Source: Salpingoeca rosetta
Lineage: Eukaryota > Protista > Choanoflagellata
Length of the DNA: 64,000 bases
Assembly: GCA_033442325.1 (NCBI GenBank)
Contig: JAWQFM010000009.1
Location: 1,281,672-1,345,671 of the forward strand
Direction of reading: 5' to 3'
Each line of letters begins with the position of its first letter. Position 1 is the stretch's first letter. The notes beneath the pieces are model-generated. The model worked only from the letters and a program-made list of their open reading frames with translations. It did not search any database and was not told the origin of the DNA. Positions 21,533 to 34,541 of the stretch are shown here, one piece after another. The translations under genes were made by a program, and so were the position numbers.

Positions 21533-22732
21533 TCACCAGTCTGTTACGTTGTCGTCTCTGAAGATGATTTGGCTGATGCGAGTTGGAATCATGTACAAGT
21601 ACTGCAGGAAGGAGATGACCCAGCCCATGTTTTTGCTTGCGGGGGTTACGTGCTTCTTGGCCGATGTCTCCACAAACTCAACCATGTCCACGCAGTCCGC
21701 GGCGCGGAAGGGGCGCGCGTCAAAGGTGTAGTTGACAGCCTGCGCAATGGCACGCTTGGCCGATGCGGCGTGCTCGTAGTTGACGAGGAACCCGTTGACG
21801 CCGTGACGGACCTGACTGCGGAAGCCGTTGCCGTCTTGCACGACAACCGGCGTGTGGCACAGGAGGGACTCGTGCACGGTCATGCCATATGTTTCAAAGT
21901 CGGACGCGGAGACGGTGACGTCTGCGGCCTTGTAGTAGAGGCGCAGGTCGTGCTGGCTCAGCATCTCCGCCACGACCACGATGCGGTTGTCCTGGGCCTG
22001 CCGCTGCATAAACTCCTCGCGCAGGCTGCCATCGCCGACAAGCGCAAGCACAAAGCCGTCGGGGATGCAGTCGAAGAGGAGGCTGATGCGCTTCTCTGGC
22101 GCGAAGCGGCCTGCGAACAGCATCACCTTTGTGTCGGCGGGGTGGCCCTTGATGAGGCGCTCCCGCACGGCAGCGACGGCGGCTGGCTCATCGTGCTCCT
22201 TGAAGACGTCGGCCTTGAAGCCTTGGTCAATGTAGCCGGAGATGCGGAAGCCGCGCTTGCGGAGCATGCACATGTAGTCGTGGCTGGTGGTGAGGATGTG
22301 GGTGAAGGCTGATCCGTAGCTGCGCAGGAAGAAGGTGCTGGCGGCGTCGTAAAACTGGAAGAGAAACGCGTTGAGCACGTGCTTGCCAATGGCCATGAAG
22401 TTGGTGTGGATGACCCATATGCTTGGCACGCCCAGGCGCCAGCACTCGAGGCCGATGCAGGCGACTAGCGCGCTGTCTGGGCACACCACGACGTCGGAGC
22501 GCTTGATGGCCTCGCGGATGATGTCCATGTTCTTGAGGCTGACCTTGATCATCCGGAAGCCCGGGTGGGGGCGGAAGAACGCATGTTCCAAGGACCCGTT
22601 CCACGAGGAGAGGACCTCCACCTCGTGGCCGCGGGCCTTGAGCTTCTCTGTCAGTACCTTGTACGTGATGGCCACGCCGCCGCCAACGTGCATGGCCTCA
22701 CTCGACACAGGCGCAATCACAAGCACCCGCAT
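21533..22732 (-). CDS. GT-B fold family 4 (retaining) glycosyltransferase, glycolipid synthase-like (SQD2/monoglucosyl-DAG synthase type), intronless
   Basis: MRVLVIAP...GGGVA...LKARGHEVEVL; MLFAGRFAPEKRI; ASDFETYGMTVHESLLCHTPVV, carrying the E-x7-E GT4 motif. Confidence 0.85.
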   Translation of the reverse strand: MRVLVIAPVSSEAMHVGGGVAITYKVLTEKLKARGHEVEVLSSWNGSLEHAFFRPHPGFRMIKVSLKNMDIIREAIKRSDVVVCPDSALVACIGLECWRLGVPSIWVIHTNFMAIGKHVLNAFLFQFYDAASTFFLRSYGSAFTHILTTSHDYMCMLRKRGFRISGYIDQGFKADVFKEHDEPAAVAAVRERLIKGHPADTKVMLFAGRFAPEKRISLLFDCIPDGFVLALVGDGSLREEFMQRQAQDNRIVVVAEMLSQHDLRLYYKAADVTVSASDFETYGMTVHESLLCHTPVVVQDGNGFRSQVRHGVNGFLVNYEHAASAKRAIAQAVNYTFDARPFRAADCVDMVEFVETSAKKHVTPASKNMGWVISFLQYLYMIPTRISQIIFRDDNVTDW

Positions 22733-22978
22733 GCTGCCGTCGCTTTGAGATGGTGGTGGGTGTGAGGTGGAGGGAAGGGAGTGCGTGCTGCACAGCAGGC
22801 GTTGTTGTGTGGTGCCTGTGCTGCTGTAGTTGTGTGTGACAACTTGTGTGGGGTGTGGGAAGGGAGAGGAAGAAGGTGCGTGCTGCACAGCGAGTCTTGT
22901 TGTGTGTGTGCACGAACAGCACAACAGTTGTTCCTCCTGTCTATTTCGTGCAATTGCATCAAAAACCACTTGTGTGGT

Positions 22979-23090
<112 letters not shown>

Positions 23091-23293
23091 TCGAGCTATG
23101 GTGGTTGACGTGCTCAAGACACGCACGCACACGCATACTCGCACACGCGCGCACACATGCACACACACTCGCACACGCGCGCACACATGCACACACACTC
23201 GCACACACGCACACTTATGCACAGTCTCAGTCCTGTATTTGTCATACACACTACGTGCAAACGAGCGAGCAACAAGCGAACGAGCAAACACGC

Positions 23294-26200
23294 CTAGAAG
23301 CCGCTATCTTGGCCCAGGTATTCAGACACATCATCAAAGGACACGACGCATGTCTCGTTGTCCTCGTCCTCAAACTGCACGACAACTTGCTCCTTCTTGC
23401 GAATGCGCTGTAAACATCATCCACGCATGAACGTGCAGGTGTGTGTGAGTGAGTCAGTCGGCGCATGGTGGAGGAAGTGGGGTTGCATGAGGTGCGAGAT
23501 GCGTCTCAAAGAAGGCCACGACAACCACTCGGAATTTGTCACATAACACGAATAAACAACAACAACAACAACAACTTAAACAACTTAAACAACTTATACA
23601 ACAACTTAAACAGCAACACGACATGAACGCACGCAAAGACACGTGCACATGCATAACACACCTCCAACATTCTGCCGACTTCGCCGCGGTGGTTACCGCG
23701 AACGCAGAGCACGCGCGCATTTGGCTGCTTGGGCACAATTGTCTCCAAGTCGCGCTGTCGCAGGCCTGGATGGTGTCGAAGAGTCGCGTGTGCATGTGTG
23801 CGTGTGTGCATGTATGTGTGCATGTATGCATATGTGCATCGGCGTGTGAGTTTGACCATCAAATGCAAATGGGTATCTCAATGTGGATGCGTATGTGCAC
23901 TGCACAAGGGGCGCTGGCGGCAGCGAAACACGGCACCTCATCCATATACAATAAACACAAACATCCAAGTGCGCATAAAACCACACATACGGGGGAGAGA
24001 ACGCGCAGGTGCATTTACCTTCAAGCATGGAGCCTTCGTCGGTGATGCACGTGATCTCATCCACAGACATGACATCCATCACCCGCACCTGTAAACAGAT
24101 GGCGTGACAAGCAAGACAACGACGTGGATGGGTAGGCGTATATACCATGTTGTGCGATGTGACGTGATGCGATGTGATGTGATGCGATTTGATGAGACGA
24201 GTTGATATGTGAGCTGGTGCCAGCGTCAGGCACATGCGTGTTCGCACAAAAAATAGTACACACGCACGCACACACACGCACACACACGCACACACACACA
24301 CACACACACGCACACACCTTGCGGTTGTAGTGCTTGCCGCGTGCAAACGTTTCGCTGATGATGCGAACACGAATATCGGGACACACCCATATCTGTCGTT
24401 ACGTTGCCGAGCATTGGTGATGAACCAGCAAAGTCGATGAGTCAAACGCATTGAGGAACGCCCACGAGCACAAAAGCTTCCGCACGCAACGTATTTGTTA
24501 AACAAACACGTGTGTCAGCACACACAAACACACATGTTCACACACAAACGCACATACTCACACTATTCCCGCTCTTCAACCCCCCCCCCCTCCACACACA
24601 CATACACAACGACGCACCGCTGGCTGCCGCTTGGATGAGGTTGAGCGCTTGGGGCGCTTGGAGATGTGCGCACTACCGTGTCCACGATGCCGGCCATCAC
24701 CACGGTAATCATCATCGTCATCATCACCAAGCACAACTGCTGCTGCTCTGTGGCGTCTTTTGCGACTGGCATCATCCGCGCCACCGTCACGACCGCGCTC
24801 GCCTTCTCCTGCGGCTCTCCTTCGGCTGCTGCTGCTGCTGCTGCTGCTGCTTGCACCACGATCTCTAACGTCTGTATCATCCCTTGGTCTCCTGTCATCA
24901 GCATCACGGGTATCATGGGACGACGACGAAGAGTCATCGTCATCATCATCACTGTCGCCACCACCCCGCCTCTCTTTCTTCTTGTGTTTCTTGCCCTTCT
25001 TGCCCTTCTTGCTCTTCTTCTCCTTCTTCTTCTTCCTGCTACCACCTCGTGTCGCATCATCCTCAGGCGATTGCTCGCGCCCGCTTCTTCTCATATCCGC
25101 ACTCACATCCATGTCGCCGCCACCACCATCACGTCGCCTCCTCGACCGGCCGGCATCATCACCGCCATCGTCGTCGCCATCATCCCTGTGTCCACTGCCA
25201 CGACCCCGGTCGAGTTGCCTCGACTCCCTGCCACCATCACCACGATCACGATCACCATCACCACGATCACCATCGCGACGGCTGTGCCTGCGCTCTTGCT
25301 CTTGCTTGGCGAGGACGGCATCGACGCCCCCCGATCGCAGCAGCGCCACGCGGGCCTTGTAGTCTGTGGAGGCAACGGGCCGCACACGCCGCTCGTCCAC
25401 CGTTATCACGGCCCCGCTCAGCGCCAGGCGCACGTCAACTTGCAGGTTATGCAGCCGCGTGATGGTTCCTGCGTGGCCCTCGTGTGCACCGCTGACAACG
25501 AACACGTATGCGCCGCGCTGCATGCGCACAACTTCTTCCTCATACACCTGCTCGGACGCCCGCTTGATGTTGCGCGCCCGGCCGTCTGCGCCAATCTTGG
25601 CCGACACCTGCGACACGGAGGTGCGCTTCTCCCCCGGCTTGATGTACTTCTTGGCCATGTGCTTGTAGTCTGGTTTGAGCTCAAGATCGCGCGTGGCGCC
25701 GAGGCCGAGCCGGTTCATGCGCGGCACATACTCGATGGGCTCAATCAGGCCCTGGAAGGTCCCGCCAATGGCCTCCCCTTCCTTCCACCCCATACCGCGC
25801 AGCATGGCTGCGCCAAACGCGTCCACAGGCACGCGGTCGTAGTCGTCGAGCTTGGACTCGTCTGGCCGCTGCGCCACATCCATCTTGAACTTCTCGTCGT
25901 CCGTTTGCGCCTGCTCCGTGCCCGGCGCCCGGTTGCGCATGAGCAGCGGGATGGCGTCAATCTCTTCCTTTTGGACGTCCTCCTTTGACGACAGGATGGC
26001 CTCGATGGCTCGCTGCTCCAACGTTTTCTTCTTGCTCGCAGCAGCAGCAACAGCAGCAGCAGCATCGGCTGTGCTCCCAGACAGTGCCGCGCCCGACTCC
26101 TGCTGCTTCTGCTTGCCAAGGGCAGCACGCAGCTTCTCCTCCGCCGTCATGTGCTTCTCCTTTTCCTTTTCGTTCTGCTTTGCGCGCTCCGCTTCCTCTG

Positions 26201-26720
26201 CCGCTGCCTTCTCCGCTGCGGTAGGGTCCTGCCACGCGTTGACCTTCTGCAGCGGGATGACAAGGTCCACCTTCTGCGACTTTCTCACTTCTTCCAGCGG
26301 CCGCGCATCATCAAAGGATGAGAGGAACTGCACGCTCCCAGCAGTGCCTGAAGCATCGTCATCATCATAGTCATCGCCATCGTCGTCGTCGTCCTTATCA
26401 TCGCGACGACTGCTTCCGTGTTTTCTACTCGTCCTTCGTGAGGATGACGATGACAACGACGATGGCTTCGTCTTTCCACCACCGAGTGCAAATGAGATGG
26501 GCTTCTTGCTGCGGTTGCTGCTACTGCCACTACTGCTGCTGCCGTTGCTGCCGTTGCTGCCACTTTTGACGCCACCGAGGCTAAAGGAGATTCCTCTGCT
26601 CCCTTTCTGTTCCCGTTGTTGTTCCTGCTGTTCCTGCTGTCGCTGCTGCTGTTGTGACGGTCTTTGGTCCTGCCCAGCAGCACCACCATCGCCCCGATCG
26701 CCGCCGCTGCCACCCACCAT
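23294..26720 (-). CDS. GPKOW: G-patch and KOW motif protein (GPKOW/Spp2/MOS2 splicing factor), ~5 exons
   Basis: DYDRVPVDAFGAAMLRGMGWKEGEAIG...RLGLGA (G-patch) and a first KOW (VVSGAHEGHAGTI). The spliced C-terminus WVCPDIRVRII...HYNRK|VRVMDV...LETIVPK...RGNHRGEVGRMLE|...FDDVSEYLG ends at the stop at 23294. The start could alternatively be the in-frame ATG near 26801. Confidence 0.9.
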
Positions 26721-27614
26721 GCTGCTTCGCTTGTCTTTCCTCTTCTTGCTTGTGTCGGGTTCTTGTGTATCGTTCGCTGTGGCTGGTGTGTAAATGAGCA
26801 TTGAATCAGTTGCAGAACAAACAAAAATAGCCGTCAGTTTTTCTCCTATGTTGTTCGTGGCAACGGCAACTAACGCAAGCGAGCGAGGCAAGCGAAGCAC
26901 AAGGGGGCAAACAGCAGGGGCGATCACCAACCACACCAAACCCACTGCTGTTCTTGTGCGCGAGGCCCCTCCTCTCTCGTTGGCAAACAAACAAACCCGG
27001 CACTCGTACGCTGTCAGAGCTGCTGCTTCACACACGTGCGCACCGGCCGCCGACGCTTGCAGAGAGGTGTGCACTGCCACCACTGCCACCACCACCAAAC
27101 AACAACAGCAACAGCAACAGCAGCAGGCCTTGCGTCGGGTGTATTTTGCGTGCAATTTGCGGAGTGGCGTACCCAACCGTTGCCTGTCCCGTTCGCGCCC
27201 TCGACCGCTGTCCACCCTGCCTGACAACCAGCACAAACTGAGCGAGCATCGCATCAGGTGGGAAGGAAGAAAGAAGGCGAGACTGAAGCCCCGTGTGCAA
27301 TGGTGGTGTTGTGCATGCATGGTTGTTGTTTTTCCTTTGCGCAGACCGCTACTTTTCCTTGCGTCTCCGTTGCTTTCCCTCGTCTTCTTCTTATTATTCT
27401 TCTTCTTCTTGTTCTTCTTCTGTTGCTCTTGCTTCTTCTGCAATCATCGTCTTGTTGTGCGAGCTCGGCCAGCAAGCAACGCAAAGAGCAAGCGTCGCAT
27501 CACGCAAATCTCACTCACCACAACAACGATCAAACACATACACACACACGCACACACGCACACACGCACGCACACACGCACACACACACACACACACACA
27601 CACGCACGTACGCC

Positions 27615-28117
27615 ATGCAGGGATTGTTGGCTGCACCAAGCGGCGGCATGAGTCGGCGTCCATCATTGCTGAGCCAGGCCCATCTGCGCGATGCTTTCCT
27701 GGTGCTCGGCGGTAAACGAGCAGATGACCCTGGCCCGAAACAGACCCGGGTCAAAGCGGTCGCAGACGTGGTGAGAACAGAAGACTACATCAGCCTCGAC
27801 TCCATGAAGGTGCGAAACAAACAAATGCATCACATGCATCAAATCAAATGCATCGTGCCCGTCATGCTTTGTTTGGCAGTGGAACGCCGTGTTCATCATC
27901 ACTGCAAGCACATGCATACATGCATGGGTACCGTGCAATGCGAGACTCACACCAAACCCCCCCCCCCTTCCTCCCCTTAACCATTCGTTCATGCGCAACT
28001 GAACAGCAATTGATTGTCAAGTTCAAGGAGCATGACGACAAGATGACACCGGAGGAATTCCACGACGCCGTCGCTTCCGTATGTTCCTGCCGTGCATGTT
28101 GCACTTGCTGTGTGTTT

Positions 28118-28206
<89 letters not shown>

Positions 28207-28962
28207 CGTGCGCTTGAGAACACGTAGAAACAGCTATGGTAAGGCACCAATGCTGTCCGCTTCTCACCTCCCTCCTCGTCCCACCACCACCACCACCACC
28301 ACCACCACCACCACCGCCACCACACGACACATGTGCGTTTCCGCGTGTCCCTTGCAGGTGATTGAGCCCGGCCCGGACTTTGACAAGCGCATGGACATCC
28401 TCTTTAAGAAAATGGACACAAACCAGAACGGTGTGTTGCGCGCGGTGTGTGTGTGTGTGCACGCACTTTCGGTTGCTTGAATGGATGCATGGGTACGTCC
28501 ACATCGATTGACTGTTACGCGCGCTCAACCCACACCACCTGCAACATGCCCGCGCCATTCCCCCTCCCACAACATCCACACACATCGCGTCCTGCTTTGC
28601 GCTACTGCAGGCCTGGTTGAGCTTGATGAGTTCTGCTCGCACTTTATGGCGGATCTCGAGGAAAAGCACAATCTCCGCAACGAGCGAGAGGTGCCGCTGC
28701 TGGTGTGCCCGCACCTCTTTGATAACCCGCACCGCGGCACCATCCTGCGCATTGACGCGCGCAGCAACCCGACCCGCCTCATGACTGTCAGCGACGACGG
28801 CATCGTCGCCATGTGGACCGCCAAGATGACCGTGCAGCGGTGGGTTGATGGTGGTGGTGGTTATTGCATGGTGGTCAGAGTTGTACCGTGCCCATTCTTG
28901 AATCTCGCTCCGCTGATTGCGTCCGTTAATTCACACGATCACACACACACACGCACACGCAC

Positions 28963-29022
<60 letters not shown>

Positions 29023-29070
29023 GCACACACACACACACACACACACACGCACGCACGCACGCACGCACGC

Positions 29071-29134
<64 letters not shown>

Positions 29135-29382
29135 ACACACACACATACACACACACACATACACACACACACACACACAAAACATTGCCCCTCCTCCCCT
29201 CCCCCCAACAATCCGTCCCACGGCAGCACGATCACCCTGCACCAGATCAAGTCGCTGAAGCAAATATCGGTGACGGATGCGGTGCTGCTGACCAACGGGT
29301 TCCGCCTCGCCGTCTCAACCACCAACCGCGACCTCTGCTTCTTCGAGTCCACCTCAGGCGGCCTGTGCCACCGCATCGGTAT

Positions 29383-29422
<40 letters not shown>

Positions 29423-32400
29423 GTCTATCTGTCTGTCTGTCCGTCCATCTGTCTGTCTGTCTGTCTCTGTGTGCGTGGTTATGTGGTTGTTTGTGACAAC
29501 ACTGAAGCAACCGTCACTGTTACCACAACCACTACGAACCACCATACACCACAACCAACTAATTGTCACCACCACCGCTGCTGCAGTTGGCCTGTCGGAC
29601 ACAATCACGTATCTGTACTACGAAGCGCTCTCGTCCGAAACAGGGCTGCTCATCTGGGGTGACATGGCCGGGTGAGTTGGCGTATTGGCTCACACGCCAC
29701 CCCAGGTGGTGTTGATGCTCTGTGGTAGTTGGTGATCCGCGAATTTTGTGCATATGTGATGCAGGCGGTCAAGTCATCCGTTCTTTTTCCCACACAAGCG
29801 CATGCATGCATGCACATACGCACGCGTACGCACGTACACATACGCACGTGCACGCGCGCAACACGAAACAAGCCTCACCAACCCCCCTCTCCGCTGGCCA
29901 ATTATGCTTCGTTAGGGCAATCAACATGCTCCGCTTCCGGAAAGTGAGCAAGATGCTGTTTCCAATGCACAACACGCCGTGGAGCAACAACCTCGCCATC
30001 AACCTGCGTGACATAAAGCTGTGCGACCCAGACATTGTCACCTACACCAAGTATCGCCCGCACACGCCCGGAGCAGAGGAGGTGGACAGGAGCATCAAGA
30101 AGATCATGTGTTACCCGGAGCTGCAGTTCATCTTCTCTGGTGTCGCGTTGGAGAAGACGTCACTCGTCATCTACGACCTCGCACGCGAAGACTACAGCTC
30201 AATCAACATTCCAAAGGTGCGCATGTTTGTTTGTGTGTATGTGTGCGTGTGTGTGTGTGCGTGTGCGTGTGTGTGTGTGTAAGTGTGCGCGCGTGTGTGT
30301 GCGTGTGTGTGTGCGCGCGCGTGTGTGTATAAATGTGCAAGTGTGCATGTTTGTGTGTGCGTGTTTGTGTTTGTGTTTGTGTATGTGTGTATGTGGTTGC
30401 ACTGAACCACGCCCTTTCCCAGGCTGCCTCAAACTCTCTTCCTCGTCCTTACCATCCCTGTTCCATCTCTCCCACTTCTGCCCTCTCCACCTCCACCCCC
30501 AACCTCTCTCTGGTTCCCCCTCCCAAACCACCAAACCACACAGGGCGTGTTCACATTTGACTTCTCTGAGGAGCTGAACATGATTGCGACGGGAGGGGCC
30601 GACTGTGCGCTGCGTCTGTGGAATCCGTATGTGCCGTCCAATCCGCTGGCGGTGCTACCGGGGCACTCCAGCCCCATCATCCACCTCGCCTTCAACGTCA
30701 ACTACAGCCAGGTTGTCACCATCTCCCTCAACGAGATCATCAAGATCTGGGACATCAACGAGCACGTGTGCATGAACACGCTCGCTGCTGTTATCCCGCA
30801 CCGCTCCATGCAGAAGAAGTTCCCGATTGCGTGTATGCTCTGGCACGAACAGACGCAGTGCCTCGTGACCGCGTGCAAGGACGAGCTGTGCGTCACGCAA
30901 ATGTCGCGACAGGAAGAAACATCCGCCAGTCTGACGTCACACAAGGCGCCCATTTCTTGCATCAGGGTGCTGCCCGAGTTTGGGCACGTGGTCACCGCGT
31001 GCACACAGGGCGACATCAAAGTGTGGGACCTGACGACTGGCGAGCTGCTGCTTGAGCTGTCGTCGACACACGGCTCTGCCGCCATCACTGCCATGACAAC
31101 CGCAGACAACAACACCCGCGTCGTCACAGGAGTGCGTGCGTGTGTGTGTGTGCGTGTGCGTGCGCGTGTACTTATGTACATACATGTGTGTGTGTGTGTA
31201 CTTGTGTATGTGTGTGTGTGTGTGTGTACTTGTGTATTTGTGTCTGTGTGTGCATATGTGTGTGTGTGTCTGTGTGTGTGTCCCCTTTGCTTGTGTGCCG
31301 TACGTCGTTGTTGCTGGCACACAAATTCGCGTCGCTTGTCAACGGCGTGGTATTGACTCACATGTCCCGTGTGCATCCTGCATGTCATTGCTGTTGTTAG
31401 GGGTCGGATGGATCTGTTATCGTGTGGAACACGTTTAGCGGGGTGCCAACACAGCGGCTCGTCACGTCGCACGGAAAGGAGGTCACAGATATCGCCACAT
31501 CCAAGGTATGCGGTGACGCTTCATCGGGAGTTGATGTTGTGTTGTGCACCAGCGACCATGCGTTCCGCTTTCGGCCCTCACCTTGCACGTCGTTGTTGCT
31601 CTCACAAAATCCATGCCCACACAAACACTCCTTCACACACTCACACAACACTCGCACACGCTCACTCTCCCTCGCATACTCAACACTCCCACGCTTGCGC
31701 CCCATTCATTTACCACCATCAATCGCACGTGTTTGTAGGATGCGGTGTACTTGACAGGATGGGGCGGGTCTGTGTCGTGTTTCCGCCGCACACCAGCCGA
31801 CCTCCGCAAGGACAAAGTATGAACAAACAACACGCGCCTGCAAGCAATCGTAGTGTCTGTCCGTGCGCGTGTGTGCGCGTGTGTGTTTGCGTTGCTGCCC
31901 AAATGTTTCCGACCTCAACCATGCAGACGCCCGTTCTCACACAAACACCCTCAAATGTACACATGCACTCCACCAGCTGTATCCCGATCCAATGTGGCAG
32001 CCTGAGGGCGGGCACTCTGGCGAGATCTCCACGATGGCATTCCTCCCGCCGGCACTGCTGGCCACGGGCGCAGCGGACGGTACCATCCGAGTGTGGAACA
32101 CCAACCTGATGAAGACGGTGGCCGAGTTCAGCCCACGCGAAGCCATGCGCCACCGCGTGCCGAGTGCGCGCCAGACGACCGGTGTGCAGTCGCTGCTGTC
32201 AACGGCGAACAAGACGCCCGTTGATCGCGTGCTGTGGCTGCGCACGCGCATTCGCGGCGGGCGGCGCCTCAAGACAGCCTCGCTTGTCAGTTCGGGACAG
32301 GGCGGCATGTGCCAGTTCTGGAGCCCGTTCAAGGCCACCCTGCTCGGATGGTTCACAGCCGCACACAGCAAACTCGCAAACGAGGTGCGTGTCTCTGTGA

Positions 32401-33934
32401 GTGTCTGTTTCTCTGTGTGTATGTCTGTGTGTCTGTCCGTGTGTATGCCTCTGTGTGTGTATGTCTCTGTTTGTGTGTCTGTTGTGTGACAGTGTGCAAA
32501 CACTTTGTCACCTCGCTCTTCCGCCCCCTCATGCATACACATCACCCCCCCCCCCCTCCCCCAACGTCCCCGACTACAGAAAGTGCGTGCGATGGCAACA
32601 ACGGAGGATGACGCGTTGCTGGCGACTGCAGACACGCAGGGCTACGTGTTCCTCTGGGACATCTCCAACTACTGCACGAACAAGCCTGACACGCTGAAGG
32701 GCAGCGAGGCGCCGCCAATCACCGCCCACTGGCGCGCACACGTGCAGCCCGTGACAGACATCACGGTGCTCAACAAAAACATTGTCATCACAGCCTCTGC
32801 AGACTGCTCCGTGCGCGTGTGGTCGCTCAAGGGCGATTACATCGGCACGTTTGGCGCAACGACAGAAGGGTCCTGGATGCTTCCCCAGACAACGAGCATG
32901 TCATTGGAGGAAGCGGAGGCCAAGGCGGCGCAGCAAGGGCCGTCCACCACGCAGACATCGGCTCGCGGCAGCCAGCTCTTCACAGGTCTAGTTTGGCTCG
33001 AGGAGAAGGGGGGGGAGGTTTGAAGCGTTGCACATATGAGCTTGAGACGGATTGTGTGTGTGTGCGTGTTGGTATGTATGTGTTGTGTGTCAGCTTGTGA
33101 GTGGGTGTTGGGGTGTGTGTGCATGTGTGTGTGCATGTGTGCGTGTCGATGTTGAGGGCAAGTGTTTGGGTTGTGTGTTTGTATGTGTGTGTGTGTCAGC
33201 TTGTGAGTGGGTGTTGGGGGGTGTGTGTGCATGTGTGTGTGTGTGTGTGTGTGCGCGTGTGCGTGTCGATGTTGAATGCAAGTGTTTGGCTGTTAAGGTC
33301 TGCCTGTGTTTGTTTTGCAGAATACTGATACGATCCTATTTTTGTCGTGTTGTGTGTGTATGTGCCGTTGACAGCGATGGGTTCGCTGATGGAGGAAACG
33401 GACGACGGGAGCGCACGCGGGAGCATGAGCAGCGGTGCTGGTGATCAGCCGGCCGCCGACGCCAGCAACGAATCAAACCTTGATGATGACGATGAGGAGG
33501 GTGGCGCCGATGTGGTGGTGACGGTGCCAACAGATGTGCTCGGCAAGCACGTGAGGAGCCAGCTCCACCTCAGAACGTTGGCCAAGCAGGAAGTGCGCAA
33601 GGCAAAATCAGAGTACGTTCGTGTAGTGTGATGCGGTGTGGTATTGCACTGCGCTGTGATGCGTTGTGCTGTGCCGTGGTGGAGCCAGTGCGTGTTTGGT
33701 GGGATGACTGTGGGGTCAGCCAAGTTGTCATCGTGCTGTCGCCCTTGCGCCTCACCATCACTGCCACCAATCCCCCGTGCGTCATACGAGCAGAATTGAC
33801 TTTTCGAAGACGGAGCAGCCTGGATTCCAGTTCTGCGCGCCGTATCGGGTGCTGGAGCCGACCGAGCTGAAGACCGTCAGCCCACGCCGCACAGCCCACG
33901 CCGACCACAGATGGTTAGGGGGGGGAGGTGGCGA

Positions 33935-33967
<33 letters not shown>

Positions 33968-34099
33968 GCCCGTCTGTCTGTGTCTGTGGGCGTGTTGTCA
34001 ACATTTCCGCGTGAGCATTGTCGTCTCACACATCGTGCATGTTGTGCCATGTCTCGCTGCCATCACCACTATCAGGTCGCCGAGCCTCAACACATCTGA
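27615..34099 (+). CDS. EF-hand plus WD40-repeat protein, WDR49/WDR64/WDY (ciliary) family, many exons; 3' end approximate
   Basis: EF hand [11 protein letters not shown]|[10 protein letters not shown] repeats include [17 protein letters not shown]...[24 protein letters not shown] and HWRAH...[23 protein letters not shown]. Confidence 0.8.
33085..33289. repeat. Imperfect ~105-bp tandem duplication in an intron
   Basis: TGTGTCAGCTTGTGAGTGGGTGTTGGGG...GTGTCGATGTTGA..GCAAGTGTTTGG occurs twice. Confidence 0.85.
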
Positions 34100-34541
34100 A
34101 CAGTGATTCCAGGCGGGCGCGTGATTTTTGGCTGTTGCTTCTGCCCGTGTCTCTCGTGTTACCCCTTTCTTTGCATGCTGATTAAGCAAGCCGTGGTGTG
34201 TACTCTTGCATGCCCCCCCCCCCCACTCCCCTCTCCCTTCCCTCTCCCTCTCTCTTCTTATTTTCGTGATATAGGTCTTGCATACACACGTACCGCACAC
34301 CACAAGCCTCCTCTCCACCTTTCATTCCGCGTTCTGTGCCGTGTTGTGTTTCAAGTGATGCTTCTGTTTTATTTCTCCTGTTGCACGTAACCCACGCTCC
34401 CCTCTCGAATAACAGACTCGCAGCATTCAGTTAACAACAGCAGCGTCAAAGCGTGGCGAGAGATAAGACAGAGGGAGTTTGGTGGTCTTGGATCCCCCCC
34501 CCGCCCCCAAACAAACAAACCAACCAACAAACACAGCGACC

